Assembly (NCBI RefSeq): GCF_006345805.1
Contig: NC_043007.1
Span: 6,510,001 to 6,574,000, forward strand
Length of the DNA: 64,000 nucleotides
Direction of reading: 5' to 3'
DNA from: Octopus sinensis
Lineage: Eukaryota
The position numbers were made by a program, and so were the translations under genes. Of the stretch, positions 1-12,223 are shown one piece after another (positions within the stretch are counted from its first letter, which is position 1; every line of letters starts with the position of its first letter). The notes under the pieces were generated by a model, which worked only from the letters and a program-made list of their open reading frames with translations, was not told where the DNA came from and did no database searches.

Positions 1-374
1 ACCATATTCTGAGCGCCTTGTTTCCCTGGGCATGGATTCACTGAAGCTCCGGCGTCTGGCGACGGACTTGGTAAACACCCACAAGGTTATCAACCACCTC
101 ACCAACAACAACACTGAACACCTTTTTGATCTCCATGTGTCTAACACACGTGGACATGCCTACAAAGTCAGAAAACAGCACAGCTCCCATGACATTCGGA
201 AACATTTTTTCACCCTCAGGGTTGCTGAAGCGTGGAATAAACTGCCTGCATCAGTTGTTGACTGCCATGACACTGCATCCTTTAAGGCCCTCATGCTTTC
301 CGAAATCCGTCGAAACTACACCTGATTATATATACACTTTAGATGAGTTGTAGTGCACCTGAGCACTGTACACA

Positions 375-390
<16 letters not shown>
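1..390 (+). mobile_element. 3' end of a CR1/L2-group LINE (ORF2 C-terminus, short 3' UTR, (ATT)n tail)
   Basis: Frame from base 2 reads PYSERLVSLGMDSLKLRRLATDL...TRGHAYKVRK...RKHFFTLRVAEAWNKLPASVV...FK, the typical CR1-type ORF2 C-terminal motif. Stop at 325, then a GTGC-N6-GCAC stem-loop and ATT repeats. Confidence 0.85.
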
Positions 391-406
<16 letters not shown>

Positions 407-510
407 TGCATGCATATATATACACGCACATGCATACATATATATATATATATATATACATACACACACACTAACGCTCACACAAACATACACACACACT
501 CACACATATA
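390..510. repeat. Compound (TA)n/(CA)n microsatellite
   Basis: Directly visible dinucleotide runs. Confidence 0.95.
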
Positions 511-865
511 TACTGATTTAATCAGATTTTATTTTCTGAATTGACCCTGAAGTCAATTCGATCAAGTGGCGATGTTTATGCTGACCATTCTTCAGTTTGC
601 CTACCATGTCAGTATTTTTACAATTCACCTCGAGCAACGCATGACAGTGTCATCCGATGTTTACGTACGAAGTGAAGATGAGTAAATGATGACGGAGACG
701 GGCAGAAGTAAAAAACAAACCGAGACCTGAATTATATAAAGGGGCGCATATGTGGTTGTGAGGTTATGCACATTGTTTCTGAACCTGTGGGTTTCGTGTT
801 CGATCCTAACTCTCGAAAAACGTGGACACAGTTGATCAAGAACTATACGGAGGAAGAAAAGTGAG

Positions 866-867
<2 letters not shown>

Positions 868-925
<58 letters not shown>

Positions 926-1072
926 GTGTGTGTGTGTGAGTGTGTGTGTGTGTTTGTGTATACTTGTGAGTTTATGTGTGTGTTAAATATAAACACGAAT
1001 ATATATATGCATGCGTGTATGTATGTATGTATGTATGTATGTATGTATGTATGTAGTATGTATGTATGTATG

Positions 1073-1140
<68 letters not shown>

Positions 1141-1150
1141 ATATACATAC
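868..1150. repeat. Compound (TA)n/(TG)n/(TATG)n microsatellite
   Basis: Directly visible; explains the YIYI/VCMY ORFs in the track. Confidence 0.95.
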
Positions 1151-3118
1151 ACACAAGAACAAGAGAGAGAAATTGGGAGATTGCTTCATCTACTTTTTGC
1201 TTTAATACTTCATTATTTGAAGCCAAAGAAAGAAACGTTCCTAAAATATATCGTCTGGATAATGTAGTAGTTGCTATTAGCTAGTCTATGTGATGAGTTT
1301 AAAATCATCAAACTATGTTACATATAATTTCGGATACCGGAAACAAGGGAAAACAAAAGACAGTTTTTGACGTTAACTCTTTGAAGCTATAAATGATGAA
1401 TATAAATAATTCCAGTGAATTAACACGGAATCAAGAGTGGGAAATGATAAAGATAATTGACCATTTCCTGTACTTTAGGAATGAGATTGCCATTGATGGC
1501 TCGCATTCCTTCAAAATTTCTGATAGAATATAAAAATTCAAACATGTGGCAGTCATGTTTTCAATTACAAAGTAAGTTAAATGTTTATATCTTTTATGCC
1601 TGAGGCATAAAAGTAACTAAATTCATATCTGTATCAGCGTAACACGACGAGGTTCTGCAAATTCACCAAGTCAAAACCGACTGCTGTGAGGATGGAGCAA
1701 ATTTTAATTGTGGGAAACACGATAAGTTATCCATTTTCACTGATTTTCTTACATCGTGATATTATTGTGGCGAACGTATTTATTCAAGAAATAATAAAAT
1801 CGAACAGAATTCTGTTCAAAATTATTAAACGCCAGGTTGAAATCGATGACTTTGAAGAAAGACGACAGGTCACATGCAAGGCATTTTCTTCGATCAGTTA
1901 GGAAATTAATTTGCCCTTAATTCAATCTAATCAGTTTAACCGTTGTATCCTGCATGTTTTGCTGGGGCATCTGTACTTTCCTGTGATTTCTCCGATCCCA
2001 ATGGCATTTGAAACGGTTAGAAAAGGGGCCGTACACCTTATCAAACCATATCCGATCGCGAGTGATGGCTGAGTGTATCAGAGGCGCCGTCGTGTGTGTC
2101 TCTACTTTCTGTGGACTACGTCTGCGAATACTACTTTAAATTCGTAAATAAGGAAAGGGTTGTAACTACCACATAATACTGGAGTCTGCATAGTAACTCT
2201 CCTAAGGAACATAACTATCAGGAGACTCACTCATTTCAGTCATAGTTTCCGTTAATAAACGCCAATGTACTGGGACCATATCCTTGTAGATAGTACTAGA
2301 ACTATATGCAATTGTATAATAAAGTCTTTGTAATAAAGAGTAACAAATTGAGGTTCCTTGTAACTTCTCTTCCGAGAGATTGACTGAAACGCTACCAAGT
2401 ATTTCCATCAAGTTACAGCTTAAAACCATTATTACAAAAATGTAACCCACAGGCCTATGCACATACACAGATGCACACACACACACACAAACGCATACAG
2501 ATAGAGATGTGCATGTGTGTGCGCGTGTGTGTGTGCGTGTGTGTGTGTGTGGAGTGTGTATATGTGTGTAAAACTGGCCGTGCTCCAACCAACGTAACAA
2601 GTAACTGAATATTATAATAAAGAGAAGAAAGAAGCGTTGACTGAGAGATGACGGATGCCAGGTAATCTAAATATAAACATCAAATACTTATAAGATTTAC
2701 CGAGTTTTGACATTTCATAAATATTTACTCATCTACCTCTCTGAAAATTTATTTTGGAATAAATTGTTCTGTCAGTCAGTACTTGATATTCAACTTCAGT
2801 GTAGGAAATACCTAAATCTGAAATTATGAATTATATTAGATTTAGAAAAAGATTAGTTACATCAGGATCTCATCTAGACTTGACTTTTGGCTTAATGCTG
2901 TCGAAACAACCTTTAAAATAATAGAATAGTTTTACAAAAATAACTCAATGAAAGTCAACTGTTATTTCAGGTTATTGGTTTACGACAAGTAAGCAGCTAC
3001 ACATGACCAATGGTTTAAAGGAGTTTTGTAAGATTATGTTCTGCGATTTGGCCTTTAATACTGCTTTTAACCATTTCATTCCAGTTAGCCACTTCCTCTA
3101 TACATTAGAGAAAGTTAC

Positions 3119-3177
3119 CTTTCTTCTAATGTCGTGTAGATCTGTGGGACTGCGCGTGATCATTTCTTTCTTGAATT
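3119..3177 (-). CDS. Candidate 59-nt coding exon (xFKKEMITRSPTDLHDIRRK), unknown protein
   Basis: Pyrimidine tract ...cttgaag|AATTC and AAAG|gtaact donor. Open through the exon only when entered at phase 1, which matches the candidate exon at 3476-3529. Confidence 0.3.
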
Positions 3178-3475
3178 CTTCAAGTAGCAATTCGAACAAA
3201 GAGAGGGGGGAAGAAAGAAGGAAAGGCTAAACCGACTCCAATATCTGACTGCGATTCTATATATCAACAGAAAAGGAATGAAAGGTAAAGCTGGTCGCCA
3301 TAAGATTTGAACTCGAAGTACCATTACAAATACTGAAGGCATTCAAACCAGTGGTCTAAAGATTTTGTTAATTTCCGAACGATATATAATTCTACTTTCC
3401 GTATTTAAAATGTTTCACTAATAACACCTCCGTGCATAGTTTTCTTTTATTTTTATTTTCATATTTTTGCATTAC

Positions 3476-3529
3476 GGTCCCACACTGCTTTCATTAATTC
3501 TCCACTTCTGAGGAGATTGCAGATGATGC
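3476..3529 (-). CDS. Candidate 54-nt exon (xIICNLLRSGELMKAVWDx), unknown protein
   Basis: Strong acceptor ttttttcctgtcttcccatatcaccttctatccctacag|G and donor GACC|gtaatg. Splicing to 3119-3177 gives AVWDQFKKEMITRSPTDLHDIRRK. Confidence 0.35.
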
Positions 3530-4170
3530 CTGTAGGGATAGAAGGTGATATGGGAAGACAGGAAAAAATTAGGGTATTGTAGTTCTATAACGAAACGATT
3601 ATAACGATGTAAGTTTTAAAAAACCGAGACATACGAGACAGAATTAAAAGGATGTCGAGATAAAAGAGAGGTGAATATTGTAATAAACAACCATCGAAAA
3701 CAGAAATTCTGAACGGTTGTAATATAGAATTAGTGGAAAGGAAAGGACGATATTAAAGAGTAGAGATTTGTTAGCTGTCGTAATTTGACTAGTTTTGCTT
3801 TGTCTAGAATGTTGAAGCGTTGCAGCCTATTTTTATATGCAAGTGGTTCTTTAATGTATGATGCAACTTTATGTTCAGAAGCTCACGTAGTAATATATAT
3901 TCCATTTTGAAGAGTTACACTTACGCCGTTCATTTAGTGAAAAGCATGGGTACAGTGTTTATAATGCAATAAGTAGTTCGAAGACACCTATTTCATTGAA
4001 TATTTAATCAAAATTGTGTTAAATGAAAATTTAATAAAACATTTAATCCCGAAGTCGATGTTGTCCACGGTGTGATTTGAACTTAAAACGTCTACACAAA
4101 TACCGGAGGTAGTCTATAAGACGGTCTAATTGTCCACTTAAGAAAATCATGAATGGTATATAATTCTGTA

Positions 4171-4589
4171 AAATGGCGGCGAGCTAGCAGAATCGTTAGC
4201 ACGTCGGGCGAAATGCTTAGCGGTATTTCGTCTGCCGCTACGTTCTGAGTTCAAATTCCGCCGAGGTCGACTTTGCCTTTCATCCTTTCGGGGTCGATTA
4301 AATAAGTACCAGTTACGCACTGGGGTCGATATAATCGAATTAATAAGTTTGTCTGTCCTTGTTTGTCCCCTCTGTGTTTAGCCCCTTGTGGGTAGTAAAG
4401 AAATAGGTATTTCGTCTGCCGTTACGTTGTGAGTTCAAATTCCGCCGAGGTCGACTTTGCCTTTCATCCTTTCGGGGTCGATAAATTAAGTACCAGTTAA
4501 GCACTGGGGTCGATATAATCGACTTAATACCTATGTCTGCCCATGTTTGTCCCCTCTATGTTCAGCCCCTTGTGGGTAATAAAGAAATA
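4171..4589 (+). mobile_element. tRNA-derived octopus-type SINE (family A), head plus two tandem bodies, with 16-bp TSD
   Basis: Head GGCGGCGAGCTAGCAGAATCGTTAG, B-box-like GAGTTCAAATTCC, core GGTCGACTTTGCCTTTCATCCTTTCGGGGTCG. Body repeated at a 184-bp offset. GGTATATAATTCTGTA at 4155-4170 and 4590-4605. Confidence 0.9.
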
Positions 4590-6516
4590 GGTATATAATT
4601 CTGTATTTAAAATGTCCAATAATGTCCAGAAATGATTCTTTTATATGACTGTCTGGCAATCTTTTCCAAGTCTCCAATATTGCTGAAGACATTTGATACA
4701 ATAGGTGTCATGGAATGCTTTAGGTTTTGCGGAATATTATTAACTATGTTCGGAAATATGCATTTTAGATGAATACAACATACTAAAAAAAACCATACCT
4801 AAGGTTATTACTGTGTGTTGTTGTTGTTGTTTAGTTTCAAATCTTCGCTGACAGGGCACGCATATCAGCAAAGGCTATCCAACAATTCATACCTTGTTTT
4901 CACTTTGGTAGGTAAAATATATTCTTCCAACTATTTTTTTTAAAGAGACAAAGATACATTATTGTCCAAAAGAAGCTTTCCCCTTTTAAAAACATGTGTT
5001 GCCGTGTGTGGATGATTTGACTACCATTTCTAGATGACCCGTTACAGGATCTGAGATAAGGTGAAGAGGTTTAGAACCAGAGCGGATCTGCGTGTCAAAA
5101 TTACCTAGAAGCAAGCCAACGTTTCTGGCAAAACGCAATAATCCCGATGAGGAATGTTCACATGACTGAGTAGTTAAGACGCACGATCTTTATTGTTCCG
5201 ACTGTGTGATCTCGTTTATTATTCCAAAGGGCAGCGCAATCAGTGCAATATGGTAGGCAACATTATCGCGGAAGCCTGCCGGAAACCCAGCCCTCTGTTT
5301 GGAATTGTAGGCATAACCTGCCTGCATCTTTAATACCACCAGCTGGCCTATAAATGGATTTCGAGTTATTCACCCTGTTGTAAGAATTTGGAGTCAGTCT
5401 CTTATCTGAGAGTAAATTCTTCTCTTTCTACTAGCAGGCACTGAATACTGGAGAAAAATAATCGGTACCGATCTTTTTCAGCTGACTCAAGCATTAAACA
5501 AAAATAAATTTAAATGGAAAGGGAGCAATATTTTATTATATAAACTCTGAAGAAAGATGGAGGTCATGAATAAAGTGTGTTGAATCTAATACATCATAAT
5601 TGCTTGAATTGTTTTTTAAACTTATTTCAATTAGCGCATTCAGTGAGATTGCTATGTCACAAGAAATCAGAATCCAAAAATTTTGCAGGAAGTTGACTGA
5701 ACTAAAACCACTATACGACTGGTGTTTTTGCATCAAAACATTCCTAAGAAATAAAATTCAAAGATAATCCAGGCAGATTTGCTCTAAGAGAACAGACATT
5801 TCTAAAACGTAATCAGTTCAATATTTTCTGACTCCATCCCCATAGACAGCTCACTTCTTTAATATCACCGGAATTAAATATAGCAAAAGAACATTTTGGA
5901 AAAAAATGTAAAAAAAATCATTGGAAATTCGCGACAGTGGAAACCATATCTGTGTTGTTTAGCTTCTCCTCCACGACGAACGTCGGAACGTTCTAATATA
6001 TTATTAATAGCAGAAATTCAAGGAAAAGAGCTAAGAGGATATTAAAAAATATGTTTTGAAGTGTTTTGAGACGGAAATCCTTTTAAATATGAATAAACGA
6101 AAAAGAAAGCCAGGAAGAGCATTTCATTTAATCTCTTCAAGGAAGAAATGGATTTCATAATCTTAATCTGTAAACTTCTCAATATTATCGTTTTAATATG
6201 TACGTTTTTGGTTTAATCTTCTAAAGCATTTATTTCATAAACCAGAGTAAAGCTGTTTACTTTATACGGAAATGCATATTTAAAAGGTCTGCCACCATTT
6301 CGACAAATGAACAAAAACAAACAGAGAATATCATTATTAAAAATTTATAAACATAACTTACGTTTATGGGAAGGGTATTTTTGATTAATATATATATATA
6401 TACATGTGTGTCTGTATGTTTATTTGTATACACATATACATACATACACGCACACACATATATGTATGTATATATATACATATATATATATATGTATGTG
6501 TGTATGTATAAATCCA

Positions 6517-7155
6517 CGGATGCCCTAAAAGTTAATGGGAAGTAATTGCGAAGAAAGGTGACTGCGAAGTATTCGCGGTGAGAATTTGCGTGACGTTTGC
6601 CGTTTTAGGCGTTAGAGTGTCACTTCATAAGACTTGCAACAAAAGTATGCTGCGCATCTTTGGTGGAACATGAAAGGGATCGTCCATTTCGAGCTACTGA
6701 TCATCAATATAGATTACCATTGCCAACAACTTGATCGTTTAAATGAAAAATTACCTTGAAAGTGGCCAGATTTGGTAAAGAGAAACGGTGTTATTCTCCA
6801 GCATGACAATGCACGGCTCTACTCTTCAAAGCAGACAAAAAAAAATATTATCTTTAGGATGTGAAGCTCTTCCACATCCTCCATAGTCAGCTGACTTAGC
6901 ACCTACGGATTTGCATCTCTGATGATCACAAGAACGTTTTATAAGAGGCAAAACATTAAGAGAGAGAAAGTTGAAAACAGTCTTCCAGACATTTTTCAGG
7001 AAGGGAGATAAGTTTATTTGAACTTGAGATGAAAAAGTTACTTCCTCGTTGGACCTGTAGCGTTTGAAAACGAGGATTGCATTCTGGATTTAAACTATTC
7101 AGATAATCGTAGTTTAAATTCGTTTTTATATCATTTCTGGTAAAATGCAATTACT
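6517..7155 (+). mobile_element. Internally deleted mariner transposon remnant
   Basis: Broken frames give WNMKGIVHFELL, YHCQQLDRLNEKL, GVILQHDNAR and EALPHPP*SADLAPTDLHL (mariner YSPDLAP motif). TIR remnants aagtaattgcg near the 5' end and tgcaattact at the 3' end. Confidence 0.85.
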
Positions 7156-7618
7156 GAACAGTAGAATGGAACCCGTAAGTACGTTGTTATAACATGCCAT
7201 TATATTGGTGATCAAAAAATTTAGATTAGAATTATCAGAGCCTGTTGATGAAACGTAAGTAGGGCAGGATTAAGCATGGGTAAGTTAATGCAGCTGAAAT
7301 CCACTGATATAGATACCTATTGCTTTACTACCCACAATGGGCTAAACACAGAGAGGACCAACAATGACAGACGCACGGATTAAGTCGATTACATCGATCC
7401 CAGTGCGTAACTGGTACTTATTTAATCGACCGCGAAAGGATGAAAGGCAAAGTCGACCTCGGCGGAATTTGAACTCACAACGTAACGGCAGACAAAATAC
7501 GGCTACGCATTTCGCCCGACGTGCTATCGTTTCTGCCAGTTCGCCGCTAAGCTTTTCGTTCGAGGCACGAGTATGCACGAGTGTGCAAGCTCTCCGCCTT
7601 AATTTAGTTGAATATATT
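7153..7618 (+). repeat. Copy A of a local dispersed duplication (copy B at 11761-12223)
   Basis: 7153-7297 matches 11761-11916 and 7545-7618 matches 12156-12223, with scattered substitutions and indels. Confidence 0.85.
7318..7547 (-). mobile_element. Family A SINE
   Basis: Reverse complement of the 4171 family, head to tail. Confidence 0.9.
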
Positions 7619-7989
7619 ACTTTCCGAACAGACGCATAAAAGATATGCATATACTCATTCACACGCATGCATACGCATGCATTCAGTCCGCGAACACTGA
7701 CATACATACAGAGGGCTGCAGAAGTTTACAAAGCAAGGAATTTTGTGGATAAAGTTCTGGGTTTGGGATTGGCACTGGCCTCTCATTACTTGATAGTTAT
7801 TGTCTTTTACCTATCAACCTCTCCTCTTCTTTCTATTCACCTCCCTCTATTCAATCTCATACACTCCTGCACTCTTCCAATACCGACCCACATTCATTAT
7901 TCTACTTCTCTGCATTGAGGCCACAATTCCGATATTACGTGCGTGTGATTAGAGTGTTGAAGAAACAAATTGCATGATGAATTCTTCAA

Positions 7990-8290
7990 GCCGAGCCAAA
8001 CGGCAGGATACTAGGAGATAGACCAAGAACGATACGGCTGTATAATATCCAGAGTCTCACTTGATCATGCTTGGGAATTCAGGTGTCAAATGATAGTTGC
8101 TTCCGGTAGGACTCTATGGACGGGCTGCCTGAAAACTCATCCCCCACACTTGTCGCAGGAACAGTGTGCAGAGAAAATTGATAGATGGACAGAATATAGA
8201 AGACATCCTATCACTGACGTATAGAATAATTCCAAAGATGGGAGTCCAGTATTTTTCACCGAAGAAATAATGTACCTTTCAGACAAAGAA
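7990..8290 (+). pseudogene. Possible highly decayed Tc1-like transposase fragment
   Basis: Translations CLKTHPPHLSQEQCAEKIDRWTEY and PVFFTEEIMYL loosely resemble the Tc1 KPxLS...RLxWA...VIFSDE region. Confidence 0.3.
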
Positions 8291-9120
8291 ATATTGGTAA
8301 CATGGAAATCTGCAGTAGAGTACAGCTACTTATATCATCATCTGTCATCAGTGAAAAGGGTACATTTTTACAGAGAATTGAAATAGGGTTTCACTTATAA
8401 AAGGGATAAGATTTTGATTCTTGAACTCTAATTTCAAAAACTGGGACTCTATGACTTTGATGGTCTCTCGTACTTATTTATTTACACGATCAACTATAGA
8501 AAGTGAGACGATGTTCCAAAAATATATGAAAATGAATTTATTTTCTGCGTTCTTTACACCCCACATGAACAGTTTCGAGAATAAAAGCCTCGGAATAGTA
8601 AAATAATAATAATAATAATAATGACATTTTCTAAGCAACTTATGACAATAAAATAACCGAGTCTGTGTGTAAAAATGTCTGTAGTTGCACTGTGAACACA
8701 CCCCTGACATTTAAATTGTAAGAGACTCACTCGTGAAGTTGAGTTTTAATTGTGATATTCTTGTTGTGTTGGCTTGAAGGAAATAACGGCACAAGTGTCT
8801 GTATGTGTGTGTGTGTATACACATACACACGCACATATACACACATGCACAGACACGTATACACACATACGCACACACACACTCCCGCTTTCTCTCTCTC
8901 TCTCTCTCACGCACACACGCATACAGGTATATGCTCGTACGTGCTTAAGTGTGCAACACAAACTGAGATTAATTTGCGTTGTTAGTAAAGATAACTGCAG
9001 ATCGCCAATAATATTTCTACTATAACTTCACATATGCAGAAGACATATCCTTAATGAGATTGCAGGGGCGAAGGAGATACACTGATAAATCCCGCAGATT
9101 TGACATATAAGATATATTCT

Positions 9121-9357
9121 TTTATTCTTTTATTTGGTTCAGTCATTTGACTGCGGCCATGTTGGAGCACCGCCTTTAGTCGAGCAAATCGACCCAAGGA
9201 CTTATTGTTTTTGTGAGCCTAGTACTTATTATATCGGGCTCTCTTGCCCAACCGCTAAGTAACGAGAACGTAAACAAAGCAGCATCGGTTATCAAGTGAT
9301 GTTGGGGCGACAACCACAGACACACAAACATATACATACATATATGCATACTTACAT

Positions 9358-9394
<37 letters not shown>

Positions 9395-9563
9395 CATATA
9401 TACGACGGGCTCCTTTCAGTTTCCGTCTACCAAATACACTCACAAGGCTTTGGTCGTCCCGAGGCTATAGTAGAAGACACCTGCCCAAGGTGCCACGCAG
9501 TGGGACTGAACCCAGAACCATGTGGATGGTAAGCAAGCAACTTACCACACAGCCACTCCTGCG
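9121..9563 (-). mobile_element. Composite SINE (family B): tRNA-like head, internal microsatellite, LINE-like 3' tail
   Basis: Minus strand: AGGAGTGGCTGTGTGGTAAG...GGTTCAGTCCCACTGCGTGGCACCTTGGGCAGGTG head, then (TA/TG)n, then tail GGCGGTGCTCCAACATGGCCGCAGTCAAATGACTGAACC and (AAAAG/AAT) repeats. Confidence 0.8.
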
Positions 9564-9850
9564 CATATAGAAAAGAATTAGTCATAAATAAAAATAAAAG
9601 AAGTCCCATCAAATTTCAGAAATCCATTTGCCATATTTAGAGTTAATATTTGAGAGAGGATCTGTAACCTTTGTCCTGGTAGAAATTTTGTGGTAAATCT
9701 GTGAGAAACAATAATTGTTCAAAGAGACAATTAGAGTGAGTTAATAATCATTCGCGATTTTTCCATTGACATAAACATGATTGTTGGTTAGTGTGGTCAC
9801 CAACAGACCTCACGTCTTCATCGGTATAAAGTGAAGCAAGAATGTCAAAA

Positions 9851-10050
9851 TAATCCTTTCTACTGTAGGCAAAAGGCTTGAAGTTTTGCCGGGTGGTTGG
9901 ACTAATCGATTACATCGACCCCAATATTTCACTGGTACTTAACTTATCGACCCAGAAAGGACGAAAGGCAAAATCGACCTCGGTGGAATTTGAATTCAGA
10001 ACGTAGCGGCAGACGAAATACCGCTATTTCGCCCGGCGTGCTAATGATTC
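9851..10050 (-). mobile_element. Older family A-related SINE with alternative tail, head truncated
   Basis: Same core, but tail type CCCGGCAAAACTTCAAGCCTTTTGCCTACAGTAGAAAGG. Head interrupted at about 10050. Confidence 0.8.
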
Positions 10051-10051
10051 T

Positions 10052-10634
10052 TATTTCTTTACTACCCACAAGGGGCTACACACAGAGGGGACAAACAAGG
10101 ACAGACACACGGATTAAGTCGATTATATCGACCCCAGTGCGCTACTGGTACTTATTTAATCGACCCCGAAAGGATGAAAGGCAAAGTCTACCTCGGCGGA
10201 ATTTGAACTCAGAACGTAGCGGCATACGAAACACCTATTTCTTTACTACCCACAAAGGACTAAACACAGAGAGGACAAACAACGACAGACATAGGTATTA
10301 AGTCGATTACATTGACCCCAGTGCGTAACTGGTACTTAATTTATCGACCCCGAAAGGATGAAAGGCAAAGTCGACCTTAGAACGTAGCGGCAGACGAAAC
10401 ACCTATTTCTTTACTACCCACAAAGGACTAAACACAGAGAGGACAAACAACGACAGACATAGGTATTAAGTCGATTACATTGACCCCAGTGCGTAACTGG
10501 TACTTAATTTATCGACCCCGAAAGGATGAAAGGCAAAGTCGACCTCGGCGGAATTTGAACTCAGAACGTAGCGGCAGACGAAATACGGCTAAGCATTTCG
10601 CCTGGCGTGCTAACGCTTCTGCCAGCTCGCCGCC
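10052..10634 (-). mobile_element. Family A SINE trimer (one head, three tandem bodies)
   Basis: Three bodies joined at GAAACACCTATTTCTTT junctions (about 10228 and 10397). The middle body lacks CGGCGGAATTTGAACTC. Confidence 0.9.
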
Positions 10635-11671
10635 TTGTGCGGATGTGGGGAAAAAATTCATATCTGATATATCATTCGGTCAAAATATGGAAGATAACTC
10701 TTCTAACAAGAACAAGGACTTTTTTTCAACAATGATGTTATGAATGTTATTCCAGTCAACCAAGTAACTTTTATTGCCAGTCTAAGAGTTTTTCCGACCT
10801 GCAACATTGATAACTGATCAACAACGGTATTATTTTGTATTAATTGTTCTCATCACAAAGTGCGTGAATTTAATCAATTAAAATTCCTTGATTTACTTCA
10901 TTTAGAATGAAATAAATAAATAAATAAATAAATAAAACTGCACCTGTTTGTAATTAATCTCATAATGATAATCATAACTGCAATAATAATCTCAGCAGAT
11001 CAACAAACCTTGCGTCTGAAAATATGTAGTCGGATGAATTATGGAAGCTCAACACAACGAACATGCGTATGCCTGTACATGGACTTTAAGCGAATTGATA
11101 TAAAAAATAATTGAATCCGTTATTTAAAACTCATCTCCAACGATCAAAGAACCGAAATATCACGGCCATTGTTATGGTTTCCTATTTCGTTTTCGTTTTG
11201 TCTTGGCTTTTTTATTTATGTATGTTTTGTTTCTTAATTGGACCTGTTATTGTTTTATACTTATTTAATTTTGTTCGGGCTTCTATGTTTCTGCTAATCT
11301 CTGCTGTCTTCTCATGTATGAGTATACATTTGCATTAGTTTATATTAATCTGTCGGATTAGCGACTGAGATATTAAGGCTCGTAAGCTTGTTTGATTTGC
11401 AAGACATCTATCATATAATAGATGTTGCTTAATCAAATTTAGTTTTAAAATTTTGAAACACAAAAACGCATTTATAGTCAGGAAGGAGAAGGAAGACCAG
11501 CATCCATAACCTGTTCCAGGTCTTCTAAGACTGGTAGTAGGAAATGAAGAATTTCTCGTCAGGGTGGAGATCTGCGTAGAATGCGTGTATCAGGGTGAAC
11601 TCCGTGCAAATCATTCAACTGGTCAATATATGGTGTTATATCAGGGAGCAGTCTAAGTGTATAATATTTTG

Positions 11672-11750
11672 AGACGCTTCCCCATAATTTCCGTCAACTA
11701 ATTTTTACTCGCAAGGCTTTCTTCGACTAAAAGCCATGATGAAAAGCCCT
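11672..11750 (-). mobile_element. Decayed family B SINE head fragment
   Basis: tttccgtcaactaatttttactcgcaaggctttc resembles tttccgtctaccaaatacactcacaaggctttg at 9420. Confidence 0.5.
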
Positions 11751-11760
11751 ACATTTTTAT

Positions 11761-12223
11761 ACTGAACAGTAGAATGGAACCTGTAACTACGTTGTTACGA
11801 GGTAAAGTTATAATACAACATTATATTAGCGATCAAAAAATTTAGATTAGAATTATCAGAGCAGTTGATAAATGTAAGTACAGCAAAATTAGGCATGGGT
11901 AAGTTAATGCAGCTGATTCAGATATCAACGCACCATCGACGTAGATGTCGCCTCGGTGACAGTCAAAGCCTGTTAGAATAATCTACATATATTTAAAATG
12001 TTGTCCCAAAACCAGTAATTATAAGAGCGGGGGTTGGTCGATTACATCGACCTCAAAGCTTGACAAGTAATTATTTCGTTGGTCTTGAAAGGATGAAAAG
12101 CAAAGTTGACCTCGGTGGAATTTCAGCTCAGAAAATATAGGACAAGGCCAAATATCGCTAAGCTTTTCGTTCGAGGCACTAACGAGTGTACAAGCTCTCC
12201 GCCTTAATTTAGTCGTATATATT
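11761..12223 (+). repeat. Copy B of the local duplication; contains an old minus-strand SINE (about 12025-12205)
   Basis: See 7153-7618. Diverged SINE core gaaaggatgaaaagcaaagttgacctcggtggaatttcagctcag. Confidence 0.85.

Noticed and set aside
1479-1571. Plus-strand exon-like segment (tttag|G ... AAA|gtaagt, one open frame)
   Set aside because: Isolated; no compatible neighbouring plus-strand exons and no recognisable peptide.
1750-1915. Minus ORF KCLACDLSSFFKV resembling USP/PAN2 zinc-binding segments
   Set aside because: No convincing acceptor and only a few matching residues.
3119-3529. Annexin-like reading (ITRSPTDLHDIRRK)
   Set aside because: Repeat spacing is incompatible with annexin architecture; the resemblance is likely chance.
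9851-10634. Regularly spaced repeats resembling a CRISPR array
   Set aside because: The units are whole SINE bodies without unique spacers, there are no cas genes, and the context is eukaryotic.
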